This document shows, one piece after another, positions 1 to 8,093 of a stretch of DNA of 29,076 nt. The DNA is from a virus (Duplodnaviria; Caudoviricetes): the IMG/VR virus record IMGVR_UViG_3300022822_000068, positions 1 to 29,076 of that record. The stretch is one strand, 5' to 3'. Under the pieces are notes generated by a model. It saw only the letters and a program-made list of their open reading frames with translations, did no database searches and was not told where the DNA came from. Positions within the stretch are counted from its first letter, which is position 1; every line of letters begins with the position of its first letter. Position numbers and translations under genes: made by a program.

Positions 1-10
1 TTTTAGTTTT

Positions 11-41
11 CCCAATCTATTTATTTAGGTTGGGTTTTTTT
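11..41 (+). terminator. Rho-independent terminator of an upstream unit
   Basis: CCCAATCTA (11-19) pairs with TAGGTTGGG (26-34, one G-U), 6-nt loop, followed by T7. Confidence 0.7.
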
Positions 42-93
42 GTATTCTGAAAAATTTTTTGGGTTACTTGTAGGATTGTTGGTGTAAAAGTAA

Positions 94-151
94 TATATTT
101 GTGATTATTATATAAGTTCTTTGCTTGCTTATATTACTTTTAGTATCTTTA
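94..151 (+). promoter_or_regulatory. Bacteroidota-type -7 promoter boxes upstream of HNH gene
   Basis: TATATTTG at 94-101 matches TAnnTTTG; near-match TATCTTTA at 144-151 with TTG about 20 nt upstream. Confidence 0.45.
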
Positions 152-155
152 CATT

Positions 156-614
156 ATGAAAAAAATAAATAAAAATTATTCAATAGACAATAATGGTGTG
201 GTAATAAATACAACTAGTGGCAAAACATTAAAACATAGTTTAAGTAATGGTTATTTAATTGTTTCTATAGATCGAAAGGCTAAAAAACTTCACAGGTTGA
301 TTGCTATTGCCTTTATAGAAAACCCTAATAATTTTCCAATAATAAATCATATAGATGGTAATAAATTAAATAACAAAATTGACAATTTAGAATGGTGTAG
401 TTATTCTCAAAATATAAAACACGCTTATGATAATGGATTAAGGTTTCCAACAATAGGTAAATCAATAGGAACTAGTCATGGTCGTAGTCGGTTTAATGAT
501 TTAGATATTTTAGATATACGAAGTTCGAAATTAAGTAGAGTGGAGTTATCTTTGAAGTATAATTGTTCTGTTTCTATAATTAGACGGATATTATTAAGAA
601 TATCGTATAGGTAA
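156..614 (+). CDS. HNH homing endonuclease (HNH_3-like)
   Basis: Motif HRLIAIAFIENPNNFPIINHIDGNKLNNKIDNLEW; C-terminal HTH-like segment. Confidence 0.9.
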   Translation: MKKINKNYSIDNNGVVINTTSGKTLKHSLSNGYLIVSIDRKAKKLHRLIAIAFIENPNNFPIINHIDGNKLNNKIDNLEWCSYSQNIKHAYDNGLRFPTIGKSIGTSHGRSRFNDLDILDIRSSKLSRVELSLKYNCSVSIIRRILLRISYR

Positions 615-660
615 AAATTTGGACAAAGAACTTTTAAATTAACAATTAAATATAAATAAT

Positions 661-840
661 ATGAGTAAAGATTTGAAAAAAGTAGAGGAAGTACAGTCAG
701 TATTAGGCGATAATGAACAAAAAGCATTAGGTGTTTTGATTCAAGCGGTTAAGATAGCAACAACAAAGGGTTCTTTTGAGTTGGATGATGCTGTTGTTAT
801 AGGCAACGCAAAGAATATTATGGAAAAATTAATTAAGTAG
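661..840 (+). CDS. Hypothetical protein, 59 aa (absent from ORF track)
   Basis: Manual translation MSKDLKKVEEVQSVLGDNEQKALGVLIQAVKIATTKGSFELDDAVVIGNAKNIMEKLIK*; A-rich leader; fills the gap between genes. Confidence 0.75.
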   Translation: MSKDLKKVEEVQSVLGDNEQKALGVLIQAVKIATTKGSFELDDAVVIGNAKNIMEKLIK

Positions 841-843
841 TAT

Positions 844-1167
844 ATGAGTATAGTAAAAGTTTTAGACTTTTTTAGATACGAGTTAGCTTTGGAAGATACT
901 AGTGGTGAGGATTTCGCTACTAGTATTGGAATGAGTTACGCAAGTTACAAGAATGTAATTCGAGATGGCTCTTTGGTAGTTCCTAAGTGGGTTTTGGCTT
1001 ATTTGTTGGGTAAAGGGTATTACTTTGAGGGTAATTGTTTGTTGGAAAAAAAATCCGATGCTTCGCATCAGGTGTGTGTTTGTAATGCAGATGACGAGTT
1101 GGTTTCGGATTTCAGTAGCGATGCTTATGATTCTGCTAAGTATGATTATAAATACGATAACGAGTAG
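844..1167 (+). CDS. Hypothetical protein, possible N-terminal HTH DNA-binding domain
   Basis: 107-aa ORF; SGEDFATSIGMSYASYKNVIRDG resembles an XRE-type HTH; acidic C-terminal tail. Confidence 0.55.
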   Translation: MSIVKVLDFFRYELALEDTSGEDFATSIGMSYASYKNVIRDGSLVVPKWVLAYLLGKGYYFEGNCLLEKKSDASHQVCVCNADDELVSDFSSDAYDSAKYDYKYDNE

Positions 1168-1170
1168 TTA

Positions 1171-1377
1171 ATGAGGGTGTTTGTTTTAGTTTTATTATTT
1201 ACATTTTCATCATGCCTTACGGCAGAAGAGGATGTTGTTTATTGCGACTGTACGGAGGTAATGTATTATTTAGACAAAAGAGCCACCGTTACTGAATTAG
1301 AGGGTTGTTATAGTGATTTTGAGATACAAGACTTTAACTACCTTGATGGTAGGATTAAAAGAATAACATGTAAGTAA
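1171..1377 (+). CDS. Small putative lipoprotein
   Basis: MRVFVLVLLFTFSSC = basic residue, hydrophobic core, lipobox-like SSC; four further Cys. Confidence 0.6.
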   Translation: MRVFVLVLLFTFSSCLTAEEDVVYCDCTEVMYYLDKRATVTELEGCYSDFEIQDFNYLDGRIKRITCK

Positions 1378-1381
1378 AAAT

Positions 1382-1459
1382 ATGAATATGAACGGAATAG
1401 TTTTAATATTAGCAACACTTTTAGTTATAGAGTTTTTAAGATGTTACCAAGATAAATAG
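1382..1459 (+). CDS. Possible small membrane peptide, 25 aa
   Basis: Manual translation MNMNGIVLILATLLVIEFLRCYQDK*; fills the intergenic gap. Confidence 0.4.
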   Translation: MNMNGIVLILATLLVIEFLRCYQDK

Positions 1460-1461
1460 TT

Positions 1462-1686
1462 ATGACTGTAGAAAAAAAAGCGAAAGATTTAGTAAATAAG
1501 TTTTTAAGATTATCTGAAACATGTAGTTGTTTAGAGTATAATTGTATTTGCTTTACTGTTTATAAAGATAAGGCAAAGAAAATGTCTTTAATATCAATAA
1601 AAGAAATAATGGAAACACAGGATAATGTTTGGGAGAATACAATAGAATATTGGAATAGTGTTAAAAAAGAGGTTGTTAAATTGTAA
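1462..1686 (+). CDS. Hypothetical protein, paralogue of 4865..5077
   Basis: Shared pattern MT...K.K.LV..F.RL ... AKK..LI...EI ... W..VKKE..KL. Confidence 0.75.
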   Translation: MTVEKKAKDLVNKFLRLSETCSCLEYNCICFTVYKDKAKKMSLISIKEIMETQDNVWENTIEYWNSVKKEVVKL

Positions 1687-1746
1687 TATTAATATTTATT
1701 TGCCATTGTTTTTAATAAATTAAAAATACAACAAATAAAAAAATTA

Positions 1747-1754
1747 TATCTTTG
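1747..1754 (+). promoter_or_regulatory. Bacteroidota -7 promoter box
   Basis: TATCTTTG 22 nt before the ATG at 1777. Confidence 0.6.
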
Positions 1755-1776
1755 TTCAAAATAATACAAAGCAATA

Positions 1777-3651
1777 ATGGCTAAAAAAATTTATATTTCA
1801 GGTGCTTCATTTATAGTGCAAGACACTATTAATAATGTTGTAGATATCAATGAACCATCAAAAGACATATACTTTGACAATAGTATGTTGAATCGTGGAT
1901 TTATTTCAATTACACAAAAGGATGGCTCAAGGAGCGTAGATAGTTCAATTGGTGCTAAGATACTAATTAGTGATGCTCAAGATGAATCAGGTAACGAATT
2001 TACATTAGATTCTTTTAGAGAGTTTATGAACTCCGAAGTAGTTTTTACAGGAGATACTGTTTATAACAAAATTAGTAAATCTAACAGTACCGCTACGTTG
2101 TTGGATTCCAACGAAGAGTTTATAGGTAAATGGGAAAACGTAGTTGCATGGACTTCTGTTTCTATTGCAGTATTAGGAAGCATGGAGACTGATGGTACTT
2201 TGTTTTTTGACTTATCTACAAATGGTGGTGAAACTTTTGTTCCTTTAGCAACACCAGTAGCTAATACAAACTTTAATTTACCTAAGATTCTAAATATTGT
2301 AGAATCACATGTTAGAATTAGGTACGTTAATGGAACAACTGAACAAACAGGTTCTTTCTCAATTCAAACAAAATATAGTAAGGGTCAACAAATTGCGTTA
2401 CTAGAAACTGTTGATGGATTGGTTAATGGTGAAACACCAACAACTGTAATAAAATCAGTAGGAGTTGGTCAAGAGCCAAATAATAGCTACTCTAATAGCA
2501 AAAGTACAGGTGTAGACCCTTCAAATAGCACTATAGTAGCACTAGGTTCTAACGAAGTATTTACTGGTGAATGGATTTCTACACAAGGTTTTCATGGAGT
2601 AATTGTACAAGCTTCTGGAACTGTAGATGGACAAGGTGGTGTGTTGAATTTAGAGTTTTCTAACGATATGGTAAATCTGACAGGTGGTGCTGGGATTTCA
2701 ATTAAAGTTGTTGATTTAACAACAAACAGACCAAATACTGTAGGTGTAGTTGATAAATTCTTTAGGGTAAAATACGTAAATAATGGCATTGCTCAAACAA
2801 CTTTCTCTATAAACACAATTTTAAGTACAGAAAGGTATGATTTAACATCTAATACCAAGCAAATATTAAATGATAATGAAGACGTAAGATTAGTTAGAAC
2901 TGTATCTGATTTAAATACAGATAGAAACACTGGTCTATTAAGCTATGAAGAATCAAAAAGAAAAACAGGTATTAACAATGCAGTAGGTATATCACCTCAA
3001 GCTATTTGGAGTTATAGTGAGAATTGGATTCCAAATGAAATATCCAATGAGAAATTAAGAGTGAAATCAGGAGGTAACTTAAACGATACTAGTGACGGAT
3101 CTGGCGCAAGAACTATTGAGGTTACTTTCCTTGATGAAAATTTATTAGAAGTTACAGAAACATTAACATTACAAGGTTCTTCTGCAAGTGCAACAACTTC
3201 TGCTAATTGCTTTAGACTAAATGAAGGGATTGTAAAAACGGTAGGTACTTATACAGGAGCAAATACAGGTGATATTGTTTTAGAACTAACAGGAGGTAAT
3301 ATTATGGGTAATATTGCTGCTGACATAGGAAACTTGCATCAAGCGATAACTACAATACCATCTAACAAGACGGTTTACATAACAGATATTTATGTATCGG
3401 TTGGTCAATCGAATAGTGCTGATGTTAAATTGTTTTTTGCAAATCAATCTGATGATGTTACATCTCCTTTTAACTCTAAAATATTAGAATGGAGTATTTC
3501 TGATTTTTCTGGTGCTGAATTATTTAAGTTTGACACACATTTAAAAGTTAATCCAAAAACAGATATATGGTTTGAAGGACTTAGAATCACAGGAGGATTA
3601 ACCGCAAGAGTAAGTGTAGGTATTAATTATTACACTATATTAAATAATTAA
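1777..3651 (+). CDS. 624-aa beta-rich putative virion accessory protein with two internal repeats
   Basis: Gly/Ser/Thr/Asn-rich; duplicated motif SNST...L.SNE.F.G.W ... R..YVN....QT..FSI.T. Confidence 0.6.
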   Translation: MAKKIYISGASFIVQDTINNVVDINEPSKDIYFDNSMLNRGFISITQKDGSRSVDSSIGAKILISDAQDESGNEFTLDSFREFMNSEVVFTGDTVYNKISKSNSTATLLDSNEEFIGKWENVVAWTSVSIAVLGSMETDGTLFFDLSTNGGETFVPLATPVANTNFNLPKILNIVESHVRIRYVNGTTEQTGSFSIQTKYSKGQQIALLETVDGLVNGETPTTVIKSVGVGQEPNNSYSNSKSTGVDPSNSTIVALGSNEVFTGEWISTQGFHGVIVQASGTVDGQGGVLNLEFSNDMVNLTGGAGISIKVVDLTTNRPNTVGVVDKFFRVKYVNNGIAQTTFSINTILSTERYDLTSNTKQILNDNEDVRLVRTVSDLNTDRNTGLLSYEESKRKTGINNAVGISPQAIWSYSENWIPNEISNEKLRVKSGGNLNDTSDGSGARTIEVTFLDENLLEVTETLTLQGSSASATTSANCFRLNEGIVKTVGTYTGANTGDIVLELTGGNIMGNIAADIGNLHQAITTIPSNKTVYITDIYVSVGQSNSADVKLFFANQSDDVTSPFNSKILEWSISDFSGAELFKFDTHLKVNPKTDIWFEGLRITGGLTARVSVGINYYTILNN

Positions 3652-3677
3652 TACAGTACAATTAATTATTATTTATT

Positions 3678-3725
3678 AAAAAAGGTTGTTTTTGTTGCTT
3701 TATGTAACATAGCGACCTTTTTATT
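3678..3725 (+). terminator. Rho-independent terminator, possibly bidirectional
   Basis: AAAGGTTGTT..TGTTGC-loop-GTAACA..AGCGACCTTT hairpin with an A-run before and T-run after. Confidence 0.6.
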
Positions 3726-3769
3726 GTTATATAAGTTAAGTTTTTTCTTTTTTTATTGAATTATTCTGC

Positions 3770-3777
3770 TAACTTTG
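3770..3777 (+). promoter_or_regulatory. Bacteroidota -7 promoter box
   Basis: TAACTTTG after the terminator and upstream of the operon starting at 3845. Confidence 0.55.
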
Positions 3778-3844
3778 TATTTGTAGAGATATGCTACTTA
3801 TTACAATCTGTTAATATTCAAATATTTAAACTAAAATATAAACT

Positions 3845-4243
3845 ATGAAAATACTTTGGTTAGATGATTTAAGAAATCCTTTTTTAAATGACGAAGGAAG
3901 ACTACCAAAAGAAAAAGGAACTATTTATTGGGTGTTAGATTACAATCAATTTGTTTCTTGGATAGATAAAAACGGACTTCCTGATATTATATCTTTTGAC
4001 CATGACTTAGCAGAAGAACACTACACCCCCGAATACTTTTGGAACGATTACGATGAAAGCAAAAAGTTTCAAGAATGGAAAAGTGGTAATTACAAAGAGC
4101 ATACAGGAGAGATTTGCGCTAAATGGCTTGTTCAGTATTGCGTTATTAATAAATTACAACTTCCTAAATGCTATGTTCACTCTGCAAACCCTGTAGGTGC
4201 TGATTTTATTTTAAATGCTTTAAAAAACTATAAAAATGATTAA
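3845..4243 (+). CDS. Cyclic-phosphate-processing receiver domain protein (cREC-like)
   Basis: Motifs ILWLDDLRNP, IISFDHDL, HSANPVG typical of this stand-alone divergent REC family. Confidence 0.75.
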   Translation: MKILWLDDLRNPFLNDEGRLPKEKGTIYWVLDYNQFVSWIDKNGLPDIISFDHDLAEEHYTPEYFWNDYDESKKFQEWKSGNYKEHTGEICAKWLVQYCVINKLQLPKCYVHSANPVGADFILNALKNYKND

Positions 4244-4535
4244 GAAACTATTTAATTGGATTAAAAAATTAATTAAAGAGAAAGATGGTAAGATTCATAA
4301 TTATCATCAATTTAAAAATACTTATGTTAAATATGGTAATAACCAACCTAAAATAAAGTTAAGGTCTCATTTATCTAAGTTGGCAAGTAATCTCAATGAC
4401 ATAAACTACAAAGGATATGCTCAAAACAGAATAAGTCTAATTGAAGAGTTTGAGTACGGAGGTTTAAAATCTGTTGGTAAGTTTGCGGATAACGAAATAA
4501 ACATATTTGTAGAGAAATCTAAAGAAAAAAGATAA
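4236..4535 (+). CDS. Hypothetical protein
   Basis: 99-aa ORF overlapping its neighbours (translational coupling). Confidence 0.65.
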   Translation: MIKKLFNWIKKLIKEKDGKIHNYHQFKNTYVKYGNNQPKIKLRSHLSKLASNLNDINYKGYAQNRISLIEEFEYGGLKSVGKFADNEINIFVEKSKEKR

Positions 4536-4861
4536 TGGGAAACATACAAAATGATTTTTTTGACAAGGTAGTTACGGACACTTTAGTTGATATAAAGGAA
4601 TTGCTTTTAGTAAAAGGAAAGGAATACCAAAGAAACAACGATGTTTACCATAACTTTAATCAAGGAGCAAGAGTTAAGGGCATTACACCAGAAAAAGCAC
4701 TTGATGGATTTCTTTTAAAACACGAGATTTCTATTATGGATATGACAAACGATATAGATAAAGGAATACTGCCATCTATTGAAAAGGTAGAAGAGAAATT
4801 TAATGATAACTTAATTTATTTGCTTATAAAAAAAGCAATGATACTAAACAGACTAAGATAA
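4535..4861 (+). CDS. All-alpha NTP-PPase-like / nucleotide-modification-associated (DUF1599/Nmad1-like) protein
   Basis: KGKEY...D.YHNF ... LKH ... EKFND...YL pattern; helical; near MazG gene. Confidence 0.5.
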   Translation: MGNIQNDFFDKVVTDTLVDIKELLLVKGKEYQRNNDVYHNFNQGARVKGITPEKALDGFLLKHEISIMDMTNDIDKGILPSIEKVEEKFNDNLIYLLIKKAMILNRLR

Positions 4862-4864
4862 GGT

Positions 4865-5077
4865 ATGACACCAAAACAAAAATCAAAACAATTAGTTGAT
4901 AGTTTTTTTAGATTAACAAGTGTTAAAGACAATATAGTAGATGTTATAAAAGACTCGGCTATAGCAAAAAAATCTGCTTTAATATGTGTAAATGAGATAA
5001 TTCAAAGTCAAGAAGATTATGGAGGAAATAACATCTATTCTTGGAAAAAAGTTAAGAAAGAAATAATTAAACTATAA
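4865..5077 (+). CDS. Hypothetical protein, paralogue of 1462..1686
   Basis: Aligns end to end with the 1462..1686 product. Confidence 0.75.
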   Translation: MTPKQKSKQLVDSFFRLTSVKDNIVDVIKDSAIAKKSALICVNEIIQSQEDYGGNNIYSWKKVKKEIIKL

Positions 5078-5088
5078 ACAAGTTACAA

Positions 5089-5445
5089 ATGGAGAACAAT
5101 TTTAAAGAATTAAACGAAAGAGTAATTAATTGGGCAGATGGAAAAGGAATTTTACAGAAAGCAACACCAATATCACAGATTCATAAAACAATAGAAGAGG
5201 TTGAAGAGACTTTAGAAGCCCTTTATGCACAATCTTTAAATCAGGAAACTTACATAACCCACAAAGGAGATAATAAGTCAACAAAGGAAGAGATTTTAGA
5301 TGGATTTGGAGATATTTTAGTTACAATTCTTATTGGTTGTAAGATGCAAGAAATAAACCCCTTAAAAGCACTTGAATTAGCTTTAGATATTATCGAGAAA
5401 AGAAAAGGCTCTATGAAGAATGGAGTTTTTGTAAAACAAGATTAA
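5089..5445 (+). CDS. mazG: MazG-like nucleotide pyrophosphohydrolase
   Basis: WADGKGI ... KTIEEVEE ... EILDGFGDILVT ... IEKRKG: EExxE and DxxGD metal-binding motifs. Confidence 0.85.
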   Translation: MENNFKELNERVINWADGKGILQKATPISQIHKTIEEVEETLEALYAQSLNQETYITHKGDNKSTKEEILDGFGDILVTILIGCKMQEINPLKALELALDIIEKRKGSMKNGVFVKQD

Positions 5446-5446
5446 T

Positions 5447-5566
5447 ATGATAAAGTTTATAAAAGCATTTAGATTTAAGCCGTTTTTAATACTGTTATAC
5501 CCTTTAATATGCGTAATTTACACAACGGCTAGTTTATTACTTTATTTATACAGTAAAATTATTTAA
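5447..5566 (+). CDS. Small single-pass membrane protein, 39 aa (absent from ORF track)
   Basis: Manual translation MIKFIKAFRFKPFLILLYPLICVIYTTASLLLYLYSKII*; fills the gap with tight spacing. Confidence 0.5.
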   Translation: MIKFIKAFRFKPFLILLYPLICVIYTTASLLLYLYSKII

Positions 5567-5568
5567 CA

Positions 5569-5766
5569 ATGACAGAAAATATTAAAGAAGATTTATATCA
5601 GATTTACAGAGAGAAATTTGGAGTTGAAGATTTTATAATTTGCCCTTTGAAAAAAGAGTTTGATAAAATCATGTTATTAAAATACGAAATGATGCCGTAC
5701 TTTTTGGTCTGTGAATTAATAGATATGGGGGTTGACATTACAGACGGAAATGACGAATTGTTTTAA
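5569..5766 (+). CDS. Hypothetical protein
   Basis: 65-aa ORF directly before the terminase. Confidence 0.6.
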   Translation: MTENIKEDLYQIYREKFGVEDFIICPLKKEFDKIMLLKYEMMPYFLVCELIDMGVDITDGNDELF

Positions 5767-5774
5767 AAATAAAT

Positions 5775-7283
5775 ATGAATAACGATATTAGTCAACTACT
5801 TAACACATTAGATCCTTTGTCATTGAGAATTAATCTTTTCAAGCAAGGGGTTTTTGATTTTATTGTAGAAGGTGTTGCTGCTAATAGCGAAGGTGATTTT
5901 CAAGAAGGTAAAAACGCTTCACACGAAAAACAACGTAGAGCCTTAGAGATATTAACAGACAATGAGCATGATGAGTTTTTATATGGAGGTGCAGCAGGAG
6001 GTGCTAAGTCTTGGACAGGTGCTTCTTGGTTAGTATTTGCTTGCTTGGCATATCCTGACACTAATTGGTTTATTGCACGTAACCAATTAAAAGATTTATT
6101 AGATTCTGTATTGAAAACAATAAACAAAGTTTGTAAAGAATACGATATTGAAGATTACAATTTTAATGCACAAAAAAATTACATTAAGTTTGGAAACGGA
6201 AGCGTTATTAATTTTATAGAGGTAAAGTACAAGCCATCAGATCCAATGTATGAAGATTTAGGTTCAACAGAATACACAGGTGGATGGATAGAGGAGATTG
6301 GTGAGGTTCACGAAATGGCTGCTATTGTTTTAGGCACAAGGATTGGAAGACACTTAAATTCAAAATACGGATTAAAGAAAAAAATGTTTATGACCTGTAA
6401 CCCTAAACAGAATTGGGGTAAAATTAAATTTTACGATAAGCATAAGAACGGAAGTCTTTATGAAGAGAATAAAATATTAATGGACAATGGTAGAAAAAGG
6501 ATTCAAAGAATATACTTAAACTGTCTTGTTGTAGAAAACCCTTTCATTGAGCAAGATTACATTGATGGATTAATGGCAAAAGCATTAGACCATAAACCTA
6601 CTTTTGAAAGGCTTTTTAAAGGTAATTGGGATTATGAGGACAATCCATATCAATTAGCGGAACAGGAAATGATTGAAGCAATTTACAACAATGACCATGT
6701 TTCTAAAACAAAAGTAAAAGGATATATTACTGCGGATATTGCAGGTCAAGGTAGTGATAAAGCGGTCATTGGGTATTGGAAAGGGTGGGAATTAGTAGAA
6801 ATTGTTGAGTTTGATAAATCTACTGCATCTGAATTAATAAATGCAATTAAAGTATTAAGGTTTAAATACAGAGTTCCTCAACATAGAGTGGTTGTAGATG
6901 CAGATGGTTTAGGATGGGGTGTTGTTTCGTCTATCGGAGCAAAGTCTTTTAAAAACAACGCACAAGCAATTAAAGTAGGTAAAGAAGTGCCTAATTACAA
7001 AAACCTACAGACACAATGTCTTTATTTAGTTGCTGATAAGATAAATCAAGGGGAACTATATATAAGTGCTGATTTAAGTACAGACCAAAAACAATACATT
7101 AATCAAGAATTGGCACAAATACAAGCAAAAGGAGACCATGACCCTGAAAAGAAACTAGAATGTAAGGGTAAAGCACAAATAAAGCAAGACATAGGTCGTT
7201 CTCCAGATTATAGAGATATGATATTTATGAGAGTATTTTTTGATTTAAAGAAAACTATAAGTTTAGTTACTAATTGGAGTTAA
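5775..7283 (+). CDS. terL: Terminase large subunit
   Basis: Walker A YGGAAGGAKS, Walker B GGWIEE, coupling motif TCNP, RNase H-like nuclease ITADIAGQGSD ... VVVDADGLG ... SPDYRD. Confidence 0.95.
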   Translation: MNNDISQLLNTLDPLSLRINLFKQGVFDFIVEGVAANSEGDFQEGKNASHEKQRRALEILTDNEHDEFLYGGAAGGAKSWTGASWLVFACLAYPDTNWFIARNQLKDLLDSVLKTINKVCKEYDIEDYNFNAQKNYIKFGNGSVINFIEVKYKPSDPMYEDLGSTEYTGGWIEEIGEVHEMAAIVLGTRIGRHLNSKYGLKKKMFMTCNPKQNWGKIKFYDKHKNGSLYEENKILMDNGRKRIQRIYLNCLVVENPFIEQDYIDGLMAKALDHKPTFERLFKGNWDYEDNPYQLAEQEMIEAIYNNDHVSKTKVKGYITADIAGQGSDKAVIGYWKGWELVEIVEFDKSTASELINAIKVLRFKYRVPQHRVVVDADGLGWGVVSSIGAKSFKNNAQAIKVGKEVPNYKNLQTQCLYLVADKINQGELYISADLSTDQKQYINQELAQIQAKGDHDPEKKLECKGKAQIKQDIGRSPDYRDMIFMRVFFDLKKTISLVTNWS

Positions 7284-7292
7284 AATAAAATT

Positions 7293-8021
7293 ATGATAGA
7301 TTTAAGATTAGGCAATTGCTTAGAAGTAATGAAAACGATTGAAAGTGGTTCTATTGATTCTATTATAACAGACCCACCATATGGAACAACTGCTTGTAAG
7401 TGGGATAGCGTTATAGACTTTGATTTGATGTGGGAACAACTTAACAGAGTAATTAAACCGAACGGTTCAATTGTTTTATTTGGAAGTGAACCTTTTAGTT
7501 CTGCTTTAAGAATGAGTAATATTAAAAATTATAAATATGATTGGGTGTGGGAAAAAACACAAGCGACAGGACATTTAAACGCTAAAAAACAACCATTAAA
7601 AAGTAATGAATTAATATCTGTATTTTATAAAAAACAATGCACTTACAATCCTCAAAAATCACAAGGACACAAACCTATGAATAGTGGTGTTAGAAAACTT
7701 TTGGTACAAAATAAAACAGAAGTTTATGGCAAAGCAACAAAAGAATTACCTTTTGGTGGAAACACAGATAGATTTCCAAGAACAAATATAATTTTTAAAA
7801 GCGATAAACAAACAAACTACAAACACCCAACACAAAAACCTTTATTATTAATAGAGTATCTTATAAAAACATACACCAACAGAAACGAAACGGTTTTAGA
7901 TTTCACTATGGGAAGTGGAACAACTATGGTAGCATGTAAAAACTTAAATAGAAACGGTATTGGCATAGAAATGGATAAGGATTATTTTAATATAGCAAAA
8001 GAAAGATTAAATAATGTTTAA
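7293..8021 (+). CDS. Orphan N6-adenine/N4-cytosine DNA methyltransferase (beta class)
   Basis: Catalytic TDPPY near the N-terminus; HPTQKP; SAM-binding VLDFTMGSGTT near the C-terminus. Confidence 0.95.
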   Translation: MIDLRLGNCLEVMKTIESGSIDSIITDPPYGTTACKWDSVIDFDLMWEQLNRVIKPNGSIVLFGSEPFSSALRMSNIKNYKYDWVWEKTQATGHLNAKKQPLKSNELISVFYKKQCTYNPQKSQGHKPMNSGVRKLLVQNKTEVYGKATKELPFGGNTDRFPRTNIIFKSDKQTNYKHPTQKPLLLIEYLIKTYTNRNETVLDFTMGSGTTMVACKNLNRNGIGIEMDKDYFNIAKERLNNV

Positions 8022-8065
8022 TTTTAAAAAATATGTATTAAATCTATACATTAAATAATTATTAC

Positions 8066-8073
8066 TATCTTTG
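8066..8073 (+). promoter_or_regulatory. Bacteroidota -7 promoter box upstream of portal/head operon
   Basis: TATCTTTG 20 nt before the ATG at 8094. Confidence 0.6.
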
Positions 8074-8093
8074 TAAGATAATAGTACTCTTAT

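Noticed and set aside
156-614. HNH gene as part of a group I intron
   Set aside because: Flanked by a terminator and promoter boxes and an independent downstream gene; no interrupted host gene is evident
661-1377. Three consecutive ORFs in one frame separated only by TAG plus one codon, suggesting amber recoding (genetic code 15)
   Set aside because: Each downstream ORF has its own ATG and the third begins with a signal peptide; long genes contain no internal TAG and coding density is already near complete under code 11
7293-8021. Restriction-modification system
   Set aside because: No adjacent restriction endonuclease; orphan MTases are common in phages
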